Shown here piece after piece: positions 33,006 through 47,793 of a stretch of 64,000 bases of DNA. Source of the stretch: Scyliorhinus canicula. Taxonomy: Eukaryota. Within the stretch, counting starts at the first letter, position 1; each line of letters opens with the position of its first letter. The stretch lies in the NCBI RefSeq assembly GCF_902713615.1, contig NC_052164.1, positions 40,225,091 through 40,289,090 of the forward strand, given 5' to 3'. The notes beneath the pieces were generated by a model that was not told the DNA's origin, did not search any database, and saw only the letters and a program-made list of their open reading frames with translations. Both the position numbers and the translations under genes were made by a program.

Positions 33006-36000
33006 ATGCTCTGGCCAGTATTTGGAGCTTTGTGACGGTGTTGTTCCTCTTGTCCGGGACCCTCAGTCTGGGCTGTGAGAGGCTGCAGTTACAGCAAGTT
33101 CTCAACACAGAGACACTCAGCAAACTGAATGAAATGGTGAGTTGAAGCTGGAGCCAGAAACAATTCCCCATCGGCACTGGGTCCATTTGTTTTGAAGCAT
33201 TCTCTCAGGAAATGGTTCTGGGGTTTGCAGCGCTGCACAGTTTATGGTCAGCGAATCTGCAGCATTACTGTTTCTGATCTGGGTTGACACAGTGTTTGTC
33301 TTGCTCTCAGGCGGGTCGCTTCCCTCGGCAATGTGTCAGGGAGAGGTTTGCGCTGACAACCAAGACCTTGAATCTGGTGAAACTGTCTGAGGGTTTGCAG
33401 GTGAGTGAACACTGGGCTTATTATCATTTATTCCATCAGAAATGTGCGAAAAACACGATAAAGATCAACCACCGTAATCCAGGATGGGACAGAGCAGGTC
33501 GTTCATTGAAGTTGTCAGTGGAAATGAGGAGCTCCTGCTTTGAACCTCAAACCCCCGGGTAAAGACTCTCTTCCTCGTTCCCTCAGACTGATGTAGGGAA
33601 TGGAACCTCATTGAGCTGTGATGCACCCTGTTGGGGAGCCTGCCAAGTCTGCAGCATCATTCAAAGGTTACTTGTGCCTGCTAATCATCTCAATTCCTTC
33701 ATCACCTCACTACCCATTAGCATCTCTGTCTTCTCCCTCTTACTCCCTCACTGTCTATCCACTTCTTACCATCAATCGTCCTATACAGTTCAGGCAGGGC
33801 CCTTTCATCTGTGGATTCCACACACATACCTGTCCACTCTCCATTGCATTCACTCGATGGTCACTGTGTTGATATTGGTGGGCTGGTTAGCTCATTGGCT
33901 AGTCCAGGATGCTGCCACCAGCGCTGGTCCAATTCCTGTCTGACTGAGGAGGTGTGAGACCTGCCTCTGCGCCCTTCCCTGAGAGTCGAAGGACAATGAC
34001 AGACTCCCTCTACAAATAAACAAAAACCAAACTGCCCAGAAAGCAACTCAGGTGAAGCATCAGATTGCCACAGCGGCAGAGGCCCAGGGTGACCGTGTGG
34101 AGTTTTCACGTTCGCTCCGTGTGCGTGGGATTCCTCCGGGTGCCCTGGTTTCCTCTCACAGTCCAAAGATGTGCAGGTGAGGTGGATTGGCCATGATAAA
34201 TTGTCCCTTAGTGCCCAAAGGTTTGGTGGGGTTAGGGGGATGTGGCAGCGGAGTGGAAGGGGAGCTCCATTATTCTAATACTTTCCAGGTGTTCTCATCA
34301 ATTTATGTCCTCTATAAACTGGAACAGAATCCAATAACTACTGTAATATAACATAACTCAATTATCTCTGGTGCAGGCACGGTGGCACAGTGGTTAGCAT
34401 TGCTGCCTCAGTGGTGCCGATGGTCCCAACCTTGATCCCGGCTCTGGGTCATTGTCAGTGTGGAGTTTGCGCATTCTTTCCATGTTTGCGTGGATTTCGC
34501 TCCCACAATCCAAAGATGTGCACGGCAGGTGATTTGCCGTGCTAAATTGCCACTTAATTCGAAAAAATGAATTGAGTACTCTAAATTTATTTTTTTAAAC
34601 TCATCATCTCTAAATATTCCAACAACACAAACTCCCAGTCAGCCATCACCTCTGCATTCTCAGATTAGATTCATTCAGATATCACCAAGTTCACAATTTT
34701 GCAAAATGGATTTTTCCGATATTCCCCGAGGTGCCACCAAAATCTCGAATGGAGAGAGTTATTTCACTCACAGGGTCCGAGGAAGGAGATATTGATGGAT
34801 GGGTCTTGTCAGGAGATTGGTGTCAGTGGAGGGGGTTAAGTCGATGTGCGAGGAGGAGATGGGGCCCATATTGAATGACGAGGTGTGAGGCACTTCGCAG
34901 GGTGAACTCCACATCCACCTGGGCCAGGTTTGGTTTCATCCAGCCTCGGGTAGTTTTGAGGGCCACTTGACCAATTTCAGAATGAGTCACTTCTTTTTAG
35001 GGGGGGGGGGGACGACAGGTTTACAGTGCTGTTTACAGGGTCCGGGTAACAGACGTGCATATGTTCTGGTTTTGTCCCGAGGTCATGGGTTTTGGGGTCT
35101 CCTTCTTTAGCACCATGTTGGCGATCCTGAAGATTGAGCTGGAGCCCTAACCTTAGCGGCCATACTTTGGGTGTCAGACTTATCAGAGCTGCAAACGGGC
35201 GCAGGGGCCAATGGCGTCGCCTTCTCCTTCCTCATTGCTCGGAAGTGAGTTCTGCTGGGATGGAGTTCTCCGCCTCCATCCAGTGCCTCGGTTTGGCTTG
35301 GGGACCTGATTGAGTTCCTATTCCTTGAAAAAGTCAAAGAAAAGTTGAGGGGAGCAACGACGGGATTCTATGGGAGATGAAGCCTTTTACTGTATTTTTC
35401 AAGGAAATTGTCACCTTTTGTTACTCGGGGTGGGGGGGGGGGGGAGTTGACGGGAGGGGAGTGGCAGGTTTCATGAGAGGTTGTTTTATGATTCTGTTTT
35501 CATATCTGTAGATGTGTTGATTTTTCTTGTTATTTTGAATTTCATAAATGAAATATATTAATGAAATATTTATTAAAAAAAACAAAAATGCATCATCTTA
35601 ATCTGATTGTGTATATATTCCCCAGACACAGGACAGGATCCAGATTGTCCATCAGACCCTGCGTCACATCAGCAAGATCTACAGCATGAACTGGGTTCAG
35701 TCACCTGGGACCGGAACAAGGTGGAAAACCCTCCGCCTTCTCCTAGACCGACAGCTCAGTGAGCTGGAAGAATGTGCCAGGAAACAGGGCTCAGAGGCCA
35801 GACTGAGGAAAAACTCCACCATTCAAAAATACTTCAGGAAACTGAGGAAGTTTCTCAAACAGAAGGTGGGACAATTGATAATGACTCTGTGATTAGTTGG
35901 ATTGTAGTTTATTTGACCGTAATTAGATCTGTTCATTTTCCATTGGGTTTTCCTTAAAATATATTCTGTTTTTCCAGACATTCAGCAACTGTGCTTGGGA

Positions 36001-36076
36001 AATAATCCGCGCTGAGACCAGGGCCCGTTTACAACAGCTCCTTTACTTAATGGCACAAGTCCGCAGAAGAAATTGA
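33006..36076 (+). CDS. Type I interferon B2; frameshifts probably assembly errors (otherwise a pseudogene)
   Basis: Exons 33006-33136 (131 nt, ATGCT instead of ATGGCT), 33311-33400, 35626-35865 (compensating -1/+1 indels), 35978-36076. Otherwise matches B3 and lies in an indel-dense stretch. Confidence 0.7.
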
Positions 36077-39000
36077 AATAAAAATCAATCGCATGTTCAG
36101 CAGAGACTGGAATAATTTATTTAAATTGACTGTTATTTATAGAATAACAGAATTCTGTGGTGACTGACAAAGAGCAAAGAATATCTTGATGTAATTTTCT
36201 ATTTGATTATTTATTCTAATTTATTAATATTTATCGCTGCAATATTTTTATGTTGTGAAATCTTCATCATATGTGTGCTAAGCTAAATGGATGGCCATGA
36301 TGTCTTTTGTACAACAGATGTTAGATTTTACGGTTGTGAACTCACAAATGTAAAGAAGGTATATTCGATAACACATTTCATACAGACTGAAACAAGAAAT
36401 AGTTCTTCAAAGCTTGCCGTTTTTTGAGAAGTATTATATTTTATGTCTACAGTACGTCTGGAATTACAATTCTGACAGGCTTGGCTCGATGATAACACTG
36501 ATTGGTGGGTCAAACCCCACTTAATTCTCACTGGGCTCCTTATTGTAGCTGCTGAACCTCCAATCACAATTCTGCACTGGGAATGGTCCAGGCCAATCCT
36601 CAGCTCTGCTTTCCCGGTTCCTCAGTCTCAAGGGTCGGTTGCAGACAAACGACCCCTGACCTCATTCCTGTTTCAGACTCACCTTTACTTTCTGTTCACC
36701 ACAAGGTCAACATTTCAATTAATTCCTCCTCATTTTAATTTATTGATATTTATCATTGTGTTGGCTTTATGTCATGGATTTGCTTATGTTTTGTACAATT
36801 TATGAAAAATAAATGTTAATTTATTGATTTTTATTAAATTTGGGAAATAAATAATATTTTTTATAAACCTGGCAACTTTTTATACTGAATGAAAGCATAT
36901 TTGTTCAAATAAATTGTTTTTGATATCACGCATTTGCTGGAGTAATATTTATTTTTCATGGGTCTTCTCAGGGTTTCCTCAGTCTCAAGGGTGGTTGCAG
37001 ACAACGACCCCTGACCCCATTCCTGTTTCAGATTCACCTTTACTTTTCTGTTCACCACAAGGTCAACATTTCAATTAATTCCTCCTTTTCATAGAATTAC
37101 AGGGCAGAAGGAGGCCATTCAGCCCATTGAGTCTGCACCGGCTCTTGGAAAGAGCACCCTACCCAAGGTCAACAATGCCACCCTATCCCCATAACCAGTA
37201 ACCCCACCCAACACTAAGGGCAATTTTGGACACTAAGGACCAATTTATCATGGCCAACCACCTAACCTGTACATCTTTGGACTGTGGGAGGAACCCGGAA
37301 GCACCCGGAGGAAACCCACGCACACACGGGAGGATGTGCAGACTCCGCACAGACAGTGACCCAAAGCCGGAATCGAACCTGGGACACTGGAGCGGTGAAG
37401 CGATGGTGCTATCCAAAATCCTCATTTTCATTTATTGATATTTATCATTGTGTTGGCTTTGTGTCATGGATTGCTAAAGTTTTGTACAATTTATGAGAAA
37501 TAAATGTTAATTTATTGATTTTTATTAAATTTTGGGAATAAATAATATTTTTTATAAACCTGGCAACGTTTATACTGAATGAAAGCATATTTGTTCAAAT
37601 AAATTGTTTTTGATATCACGCACTTACTGGAGTAATATTTATTTTTCATGGGTCTTCTCACTATAATGTGTTATAATTGAACAAGTTAGCATTAGGATGG
37701 AAAAGGTATTAATGATTTTAGTGCACTGAAGAGTGGTGATTATCTGCTTTCACAGCTATCAAAGGAAGGAGAGGGTCTTGGAGTAGGTGAATATTGACTA
37801 GGATGGGCACCACGGTGTGGAATATATCAGAACATTAGGATTGAGCTGGCGCAGAGCTGTGAGGACTTCAACAAGGTGAAGGTGATGCAATTTGCCATGG
37901 TTTACCTGGTGTGATTGTGGTCACAATGGACTCGAAAGATTATTTTTTTCAACATGCTGGAGCTGGCAGAGGCCTTCACCAGAGAGAAGAAGCTGGGACT
38001 GGTCTGAGGAGCATGATTTGGGATTCTGCGTTTGAAGGTGGATGATTTTACAGTGTATTTATGCCTCTTTTAGTATATTTCTTTCTCTTGGGTTTGGGCT
38101 GTAAGAACGTGGGATTGACACATTTCCTTGGCTCACGAGACAAGCTTGGCTAATAATGTTGGGTTTTGGGTTTTGGGAGTTGCGTCAGAAGGGAGTGGGG
38201 TGGTTGTTGCTTTTAGGGAAGTTAATGCAGGGTGACGCTGGGAGGGGGTCACCTTGCTAGCGGGAAGGGACGGTGTGGCTAGTGAATGAGAGAGGAGTGG
38301 AGGAAGAGGCTGTTGGGCTAGATCATGTGAGGCACAATCAGTCGAGCTGTTTTACTGTTTGTTGGTAGGGGCATGGGGCCCTGGTATGGTGTTCCTACAA
38401 GAAACTCACCTGTGGGTGCCGGGACCATCCAGGTTGGGAAGCCCTGGGGAGCAGGTTTTCCACTCAGGGTTTGACGGATGGGTCGGGGGGGAGAGGGATT
38501 TCGGTCAGCAAAATGATTCGCTTTCAGTCGGGGAACTCTGGCTGATCAGGGGATGGTTATGTGATGGTTACAGGTATGCTGGGGGGGGGGGGTGCGCCTG
38601 GGCTGGTTTAGATCACTCGGCTAAATCGCTGGCTTTAAAGCAGACCAAGCAGGCCAGCAGCACTGTTCGATTCCCATACCAGCCTCCCCGGACAGGCGCT
38701 GGAATGTGTGGAATAGGGGCTTTTCACAGTAACGTCATTGAAGCTACTCGTGCCAATAAGTGATTTTCATTTCATTCATGGTGTGAGTGAATGTGTATGC
38801 CCCAATTGGAGCAATGTCAAGTCTATGGGGTGCTTGCTGGCTGCAATACCGGAGATGGACACCCACCAATTGATTTTAGGGGCGTAGATTTTAATTTCGT
38901 CTTAGATCCGAAGCTGAACTGTTCCCGATTGAGGTCACTAACCCAATCAGGAATTACAAGGGTGTTGGCTGCATTCATGGAGGAGACAACAGACAAACCC

Positions 39001-42000
39001 TTAGCATGGTTTAGTGACTTGATTGAGCTTTAGTATCTCAAGAAGTTCAAGTTTACAGTGAGGGGGTTGTTAAATGGGTTCCACCGTAGATGACGACTCT
39101 TCATATAGTTTCTTTAAGGAATGGGTCACTGCTGGCTGTTAGTGAGGTTAGGGGTGTGTGTTATTTGGGTTATATTTCTGTTACTGGGGTTATTGTTATA
39201 GAAAGGATGTGATTGCAGTAGAAAGAGTGCAGAGGAGATTCACCAGCATGTTGCATGGACAGGAGTTATGAAGCGAAGCTGGCCAGGCTGGGGTTAGTTT
39301 CCTTCGAGCAGAGGAAGGCTGAGTGGAACCTGATGAGCTGTGTAAAATTATGTGGGACATAGACAGGACAAATAGGAAGAAACGTTCCAAAATATTATTG
39401 AAAGTAGTGGTTTATTTCTTCTCTCTCTTGCGCCTCTGCTCGCTGAACTTGGATTCAAACCATCTGGGCCCACTGCATTTTCTACTTCTAGACACATGCA
39501 AAATGTAATCCTTCACTTCCTCTATTCCATTGTTTCTCACTTCAGCCTTTCATTTGGTCGTTTCCATTCTACAAACTCGATGGCTCACCTTTCACTTTGC
39601 TCTGCAAAGCACTGAGCTATGATGTCTGATTGTTGCCGTTTGATCACATTCGAGTATAAGTTGTCTTCATTCATCTAAAATGGTGCTAGTATTTTAGAGG
39701 ATTATGTTTTACTTATTATTATCAAATATCCCCTGTCTTTGTCCTCATTCCAATTAATAAATTACCCTTTGTTTTACATACAAGATGGAGAGACTTTCAA
39801 AAACTTTTTCTAAAGAATTTTTCTCCATATTCAAAATGTTTTTTTGGAATTATAGAGTAAGTAAGTCCTGTCTTGGATTCAGAGGTTGGAGGGTTCAAAT
39901 TGCACTTGAGAGTCATGGTTCAGACATGACCCCTGGCTCTTGAATTATGGGTTGGTCATCCAACCACACATTTGTGCCCAATGATCAAGATTCTCAGCTC
40001 CCCATTGTATTATCTGGACGGATTGCATAAAATCTCACTGATTTACAGGATCCTTTCAAATCGGCCTCTCAACTCAGATAAAGATGGTCATGGCCAAGAA
40101 ATAATGTACAAGTATGAATGGTTAATTTGCTTGTGACTCCTTCCTTTACTCCGCAGGGGAGAATATGAGGTTTGTGTCAACTAGATTAATGTCAGGTGTC
40201 CTTCTGGTTTTTAAAAATAAATTAGAGCACACAATTCATTTTTTCCAATTGAGGGGCAATTTTGCGTGGCCAATCCACCTACCCTGCACATCTTTTGGTT
40301 GTGGGTGAAACCCACGCAAACACGGGGAGAAGTGCAAAACACCACAGGACAGTGACCCAGAGCTGGGACCACTGGTGGCGTGCGCCGCAGTACTAACCAC
40401 TGCGCCACCATGCTATGCTATCCATCTGTTTTTTTAATTAACTAATCTTTATTGTCACAAGTAGGCTTACATTAATATTGCAATCAAGTCGCTGTGCAGA
40501 TCCCCTCGTCTCCACTTACCGGCGCCTTTTCAGGTACACGGAGGGAAAATTCAGAACTGTCCAAATTACCTAACAGCACGTCTTTCGGAACTTGTGGAAG
40601 GAAACCGGAGCACGCAGACGGGAACACCACGCAGACACTGGGAGGACATCTGTGCACAGACAGTGTCCAAGCTGGGAATCGAACGTGGGACCTGTCGCTG
40701 TGAAAGGAGAGTGCTAACCACTGTTGGTTTTAGATTGTTGTCTGTACATTTACATTACTTCAACAGAATACTAATGAAACGTTTAACCCAGGTGCCCTTA
40801 TATTTGAGATGAACAAAGGACAAACACAAGTGCACACTTACATCCAAGTTTATTTTCAAATCATAATAAAACAGTTATCCCTTAAATTACCCCAGCTATA
40901 GTATGGCTTAATACAACATGAGCCGGGGGCAGCAGAGTCTTGCAGTGTTTGGCAATGCTGCCCTCAGGGCCCCGGGTCACTGTCCCTTGTGGAGTTTACA
41001 CATTCTCCCCATGTCTGTGTGGGTTAGAAATGGATAGAACCCAGAGATCCTTGTGAAGCTAGATTTGGCGCTCTTGGTGGACAAGGCATTTTGCAAGAAG
41101 GTGGCATGGTGACAGAGAACTGTGTGGAGTCCGAAACAAAAGGGGAGGTCTCGCTCTTCATGTTTCGGGAGGGCATTGAAGGAAGTGGTCTGGCAGCAGT
41201 AATACCCTATATGGTCCACAGGGACAAGGTTAAGAGCGCAGAGAGACAGAGGTTGGTGGCTGACATTGTGGAATGTGGACTGACTGCATTCAGTGGCTCT
41301 GACTAGAGAGTTGTTAGCAGAGAGGAAGAACTACAAGTAGCGTTTGAGTCTATTAATGTCATTCATCGCTCAACAGGGTTATTTTATGAGTATGGGGGAT
41401 AGGCCAGCAACCTGCTAACCCATCAGTTGAGGTCATAGGCGGCCATGTGGGACATAATGCAGGTGATGGATGAGGAAGGAGGTTTAGCGACGACACGGAG
41501 AAAACTAATGAAGCATTCAAGGTCTTTTACCGGGCTGTATTTGTCCGGGCCCCGAGGGAGGACGCAGAGCTGCTGCACTTTTATATTCCCGGAGGTGGAA
41601 AGGGGGAAGGACAGGGTTTGGAGGCATCACTGGGACTGCCGGAGATAATGGAGTCCGTGGGTGATGGCCGTCGGTGAAGGCACCAGGGCTGGATGGCTTT
41701 CCGGTTGAGTTTATTAAACACAGTTTTGGCTGCGTTGGCACCCATCTCTAGCGAAAGTATAAAGATTCAGCTGGCACGGGGGGCAAGCTGCCACTAGGCT
41801 GGCTCCGGCATCAATCTCACTGATCCCAATGAAGAAAAGGGACAAGTGGAGTGTGGGTCTTACAGGGCCATCTCCCTGCTAAACACTGGTGTGACATTGT
41901 CGGCTGTTGTTCTCTTCTCAAGCATTTGCTTTTCACCAGTGGATGGGGCGGGGTGGCGGGGGGTTTCTGGAATGGGAGCAGTGGGAGGGGTTGATGCAAG

Positions 42001-44840
42001 GGGGTTGATTTGGGGAATGGCTGTGTTAGTCAAGGGGAAAATGGACAAATGACAACCTGTTTGTAATTTGGTTGTATCTTCGGCTGACTCTGTGATTTGT
42101 TGATGGTAGAAATAAAATATATATATTTTAAAATACTCACTAACACTTCTTCAACAGCAGCAGCCAAACCCACCACCTCTGTGACTAGTGTGGCATGGTG
42201 GCACAATGGTTAGCACTGCTGCCTAATAGCTTCCAGGGTCCAGGTTCAATTCCAGCCCGGATGACTGTCTATGTGGATTTTCTACTTTCTCCCTGTGTCT
42301 GTGTGGGTTTCCTCTGCGTGCTAGGGTTTCCTCCCACAGTCCAAAGATGTGTGGGTTAGGTGGATTGGACCTGCTAAGTTGCCCCGAGTGTCTAAAGGTT
42401 AGGTGGGGTTCCTGGGTTACGAGGATGGGGTGGAGTCATTGGCTTAATTAGGGTGCTCTTTCCAAGGGCCGGTACAGACTCAGTGGGCCAAATGGCTTCC
42501 TTCTGCACTGTAAATTCTATGATTTTATTGTTCTCGAAGATTGAAGGGTAGTAGTATATGTGAACCTGAACTTGCCCTTCAATCTCACATTCAGACTTGG
42601 AAATATATCAACTTCCCCTGACTGTCACTGGATAGAATTCTGGAAATCCCTTCCCAACACGTCTGTCAGTTTAGCGAGACCACATGGACTGCAGGGGTTC
42701 AAGAAAGTGGCTCAGACCTGCTTCTGAAGGGCAATTAGAGGGGAGAAACATACCTTGGCCTTGCCAGCAATGTTCCCATATCAGCTACAATGTTCTCGAA
42801 TGGTGGGGTAGAATTGCGAGGCCGAGTGGCTGATCATGCTCCTGATTTATTTGTTGTGGTGTTTGTCTGTTCATGATCACAATGCTGGTTGTTGGTGAGT
42901 GAAGCTCAATTGGCTAACATGTTACCTACATTACTACAGTGACAATACCTCAAAGGTACTTGATCAGCTGTCAACTACTTTGTGATATTCTGTGGTCAAG
43001 AAGGTCGCTACATGAATGTAAGTCTGTTTTCAAATCAAAGACATATTGAAAACAGGGCTCCACACACAAAACTGACCTCAGCTCAGGATCAATGGATCAT
43101 CACTGACATTTTTTACAGGCCTTTCAGGAGGCTTCAAAAACTACATTTGGACAATTTGGGTGTGGGGACAGTAATACTTTCACAATTAACTTTTTAATTT
43201 GGAAACATAAAGAATATTAAACCCCAGTGTCACCAGAGATTGAGCCAGTATATTTTCAGTGATGTTCAATTGGGTTTCTAACAGAGGATAAATCGATACT
43301 GTAAACATGCTTAAATATATGCATCTAATATTTTGAGATCTTTTCAAAAATTCAATTTTACTAATTCAGTCTGATTGTGCTGGTTCATGGCAGATGTGAC
43401 GTTTGGTGATTGGCAATGAATTGCAGTGGCAAATCTTTCAGACGGTTGGTGCAGACTTCGATGGGCCGAATGGCTGCCTTCTGCACTCTCAGGATTCTAT
43501 GATGTGGAGATGCCTGGCGTTGGACTGGGTGGGCACAGTAAGAAGTCCAACAAGTTTGTTTCAAATCACTAGCTTTCATACCTCTTAATTCACGGATGAA
43601 GGAGCAGTGCTCCGAAAGCTAGTGTTTGAAACAAACATGTTGGACTTTAACCTGGTGTTTTAAGACTTCTTACTGTGCTCACCGCAGTCCAACGCACGGC
43701 ATCTCACATCATGACTAGCTTTTGGTGCATTCCTCCTTCCTCAGGTGAATGGAGAGGTAGGTTCCAGAAACATTTATACAGACAAAGTCAAAGATGCAAG
43801 ATGATACTTTGAATGCGGGTAAATAAGTCTTCACAGAGCCAGAGAGAGGGTAACCCCAGGTAAAAGAGGTGTGAATTGTCTCAAGCCAGGACAGTTGGTA
43901 GGATTTCGCAAGCCCAGGCCAGATGGTGGTGGTGGGGGGGGGGGGGGGTTGAATGTAATGCGACATGAATCCCAGGTCCCGGAACTTGGCTATATGTTTC
44001 TGCTCTGCAATTCCGCGTTGTTGCGCGTCCTGTGAATTAGAGATGAGAAACCTTGGCCTTGCCCGCGACCCTCACATCCCATCAATGAATTAAAAAAGTC
44101 AATTTTGCAGAGAAATGTGTGAATGAGCATGCGATTTTTATTTGGTGAAGGTGGAAAAGCTGATTTCAATCCGAGTTCCAGCTGAGAGGGATTGGGTGAC
44201 ATTCCCTGTGGAAGCTGGGATATCCCGAATATCCGGACCCTTTCCCATTTCCCCCTCAGGCCTCTCAGTGGCGAGCGGCTCGCTTCACAAACTCTCCTCC
44301 CTCTCGGAAATGACAAAACGCCTTCTCTTTCCCTGAGGCACTTTCGCTTTTGGAACAAACTGACAACAAGGTTCATTTCCAGAGAGAAAGTGAGGCAGCC
44401 GCTTTCCCGGGAGACAGAGAGAGAGACAAGAAAGAAACGGGGTGAAAGGAGAGGGAGCGGAATCACTTTCACCCTCGGAATCGGAGCAGATGAAATATTC
44501 TTTCAGTCAAACTCTTGAAAACGGCTCCAGAAAGCAGCGGGAAATGAGCAAGTTGTGCCAGTGAAAGAGCAGATTGTGGGACAGCTCAATGGGAGCGGAG
44601 TCAGTGTCCATGAAGCGGGGAGCCTGGGCTCTGAGCCGGGCTCTCTGCAATGTTCAAGCTGTGAAGGGTGGAGAGAACAAGCGCGATGTGAACACACCGG
44701 GTCCCGGTGCATTTCAGAGGCAATGGGGCCCCGGGTCAGCTCGAGAAGCCGCCGCACCGGATTCCCGCTCTCGGTGTCGCTGTAATCCGGATGATCAAAT
44801 CCAGCCCCCAATACATGTTCCCCCTGCACCCCCCCCCAGC

Positions 44841-45236
44841 AATACTGAGCCTCCCTCTACACCACCAAACTGCCCCCCCCCCAAAAACTGACCCTCCCTC
44901 TGCACCTCCTTACTGCCCCCCAATACTGAGCCACCCTCTACACCACCATACTGCCCCCCGAATACTCTGCCCCCCTCTACACCAAATTACTGCCCCCACA
45001 ATACTGAGTCCTACTCTGCACCACCGTACTGCCCCCCCCCCAATACTGAGCCTCCCTCTACACCACCCTACTGCCGCCCCCAAATACAGAGTCCCCCTCT
45101 ACACCACCTTACTGCCCCACAATACTGAGCCTCCCTCTACACCACCTTACTGCCGCCCCCCAATACTGAGCCTCCCTCTACACCACCTTACTGCCCCCAA
45201 TATTGACCCTCCCTCTAATCCACCATACTGCCCCCC
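44841..45236. repeat. Same minisatellite, 10 copies
   Basis: Same variant order as 21377-21772. Confidence 0.92.
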
Positions 45237-45658
45237 GGGTGATGAGAAGCTTCACAACACTGAGCTGGAAGCCAGCGCTGCTTGGGATTTTCTCGCAGGG
45301 ATTCCCCACTCACTGCTTCCGGAGTCTCCAGCTTTCAGCTTCCTGACCTCAAAGAGAACCGCACAAACTATTGATCTCCTGCAGCTCGAACACAAATCCT
45401 CCAGCCCATTTTCACTTTACCAATGTCATGTCCACACCTTAAAGGCGACAGCATGTCAGAGCCAGTGCCAGCTCCCAACAGAGTCCACACTCACACTCAC
45501 TCCATTCGCTAACAGAGGCGTTCGCTCCCGGATCAGAATCGGCTCCCATTCGACTTTCCCACTTTCATTCGCTTCACAAGAACCTTTCTCGCCGCTGAAC
45601 CACGAAGCCGCCGCTTACTCATCTTTTACATCGGTGTGTGACTCTGGCTCGGTTGCTC

Positions 45659-47793
45659 ATGGCTCTGGCGAGTATTTGGAGGATTGGGGCGGTGTTGTTC
45701 CTCTTGTCCGGGACCCTCAGTCTGGGCTGTGAGAGGCTGCAGTTACAGCAAGTTCTTAACACAGAGACACTCAGCAAACTGAATGAAATGGTGAGTTGAA
45801 GCTGGTTTCTGAGCAGCCTGTGAATCACATTGGGTCTAATTGCTGTGAAATGTTATTTCTGGAGAAATAGTTTGGGGTTTTAATGAGATTTTAATTTACT
45901 CCTCTCAGGGTGGTTCCTTTCCCAGACACTGTATAAAACACAGGCACGCGCTGAAAACCAAGCCCTTGAACCTGGTGAAACTTTCGAAGGGATTAGAGGT
46001 GAGTGTGACAATGGTAGCAGCTTCTGTCGTTACATTTCACTCTGTAGTTAGAGCAACAACCTGATCGGAACCGGGAACATCAGGAATTTTCAATTGAGAG
46101 ATTTGCACCCATTGTGATAATGATAGCAGCTTCTGTCGTTATATTTCATTCTGTATCTCACCCATGAACTGTGTCACTCTCTCTTCCCGCATTCACTATC
46201 TCACTATCTCTAACCCCAGAAAATATGCCCCTGTCTCTCATCAACTCTTCATTGCAAATTACTTTCTTGTTGCAACTATCGGATTGCTTGAACTATCTTA
46301 ATCTCCCAATGTCACTGTTTCTGAGCCTGTCATTCCTCTGATCAACAATTTCCTCCCGCAAAATATAATTATACTTAAAATCTGTGGACATATTTTCCAG
46401 AGTATTTCCACTTCAGATTGACATTAAGTGCAATCTTACGTGTACAATGCAATTATAATATTCCTAATGTTAACGGAGCACATCTCGTGTCAGATATATA
46501 GCTTCAGTGCAAAACCATTCATGATTATTGCTGATAGATAAGATAGACCAAGGAAAAACTTCCCATTAGTTCATGGTACAAGGTCCAGGAGACACATATT
46601 TAATATCCACTTAAGGACATCATCCCCAAAGCCACTTTTACCAAACCAGTTGGAGTCAGGGAATTCAGAAATTGGACATCCACAAAACAATCTTGTCAGG
46701 TTTGTTTCCTGGTTGTTATTATTCGCGCGCGATCTCTGACGTTTCTTGCGGTCTTGGGCCGAGCAGTTGCCATACCAGGCTGTGATGCAGCCAGATATGA
46801 TGCTTTCTATGGTGCACCTGTAAAAGTTGGTAAGTCATTGTGGACATTCCGAATTTAGGTTCCTGAGGAAGTATAGGCTTCGGTGGGTGGGTTAAAGTGG
46901 GTGGACCTGGACAGATTTTTGGTGATGTGCACACCTAGGAATTTGAAGCTGTCAACCATCTCCACCTCAGCTCCGTTGATGCAAACAGGGGTCTGTATAA
47001 GACTTTGCTTCCTAAAGTCAATGACCGGCTCTTTTATTTTGCTGGCATTGCGGCAGAGATTGTTGTTGTTACAGCACTCCACTGGATTTTCTATCTCCCT
47101 TCTGTATTCTGACTCACTGTTGTTCCAGATCCGACCCACTGTAGTCGTGTCGTCAGCAACACTGTAGATGGCGGTGGAGCCGCATTTTGCCACAATCCTA
47201 TGTGTATAGGGAATATAGTAGGGGGCAAAGTACGGAGTATTGCGTATTTGAGCATTTTAAGTTTGATTTATTTTTGTTCTTCGAAATAATTTATTCGAAT
47301 TCTAAAGGTAACAGGTCTCTCTAATATCGTTTTGTATTCTGTACAGAAAGAGGATCAGATCCAGATTCTCCATCAGACCCTGCGTCACATCAGCAAGATC
47401 TACAGCATGAACCTGGGCTCAGTCACCTGGGACCGGGACACGGTGGAAAACCTCCGCCTTCTCCTGGACCGACAGCTCAGTGAGCTGGAAGAATGTGTCA
47501 GGAATCAGGGATCAGAGCACAAGATGAGGAGAAACTCCACCATTCATAATTACTTTAGGAAACTGGAGAAGTTTCTCAATCAGGAGGTGGGACAATTGAC
47601 AATTGACTGTGTGATTACTGGCTGGTCGATCATTTCACCCGATCAACATTAATTTATTTTCTAATACACTTTCCTGAATAATTTTCTTTTTCAGAAATTC
47701 AGTGACTGTGCCTGGGAAATAATCCGCACTGACACCAGGGCCCGATTACAACAGATGCTTTTCATAATGCTGCAAATCAGCAGAAGAAACTGA
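45659..47793 (+). CDS. Type I interferon A3, intact 4-exon gene, apparently identical protein to A2
   Basis: Exons 45659-45790, 45909-45998, 47347-47586, 47695-47793. Offset 23463 nt from the A2 ATG. Confidence 0.92.
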
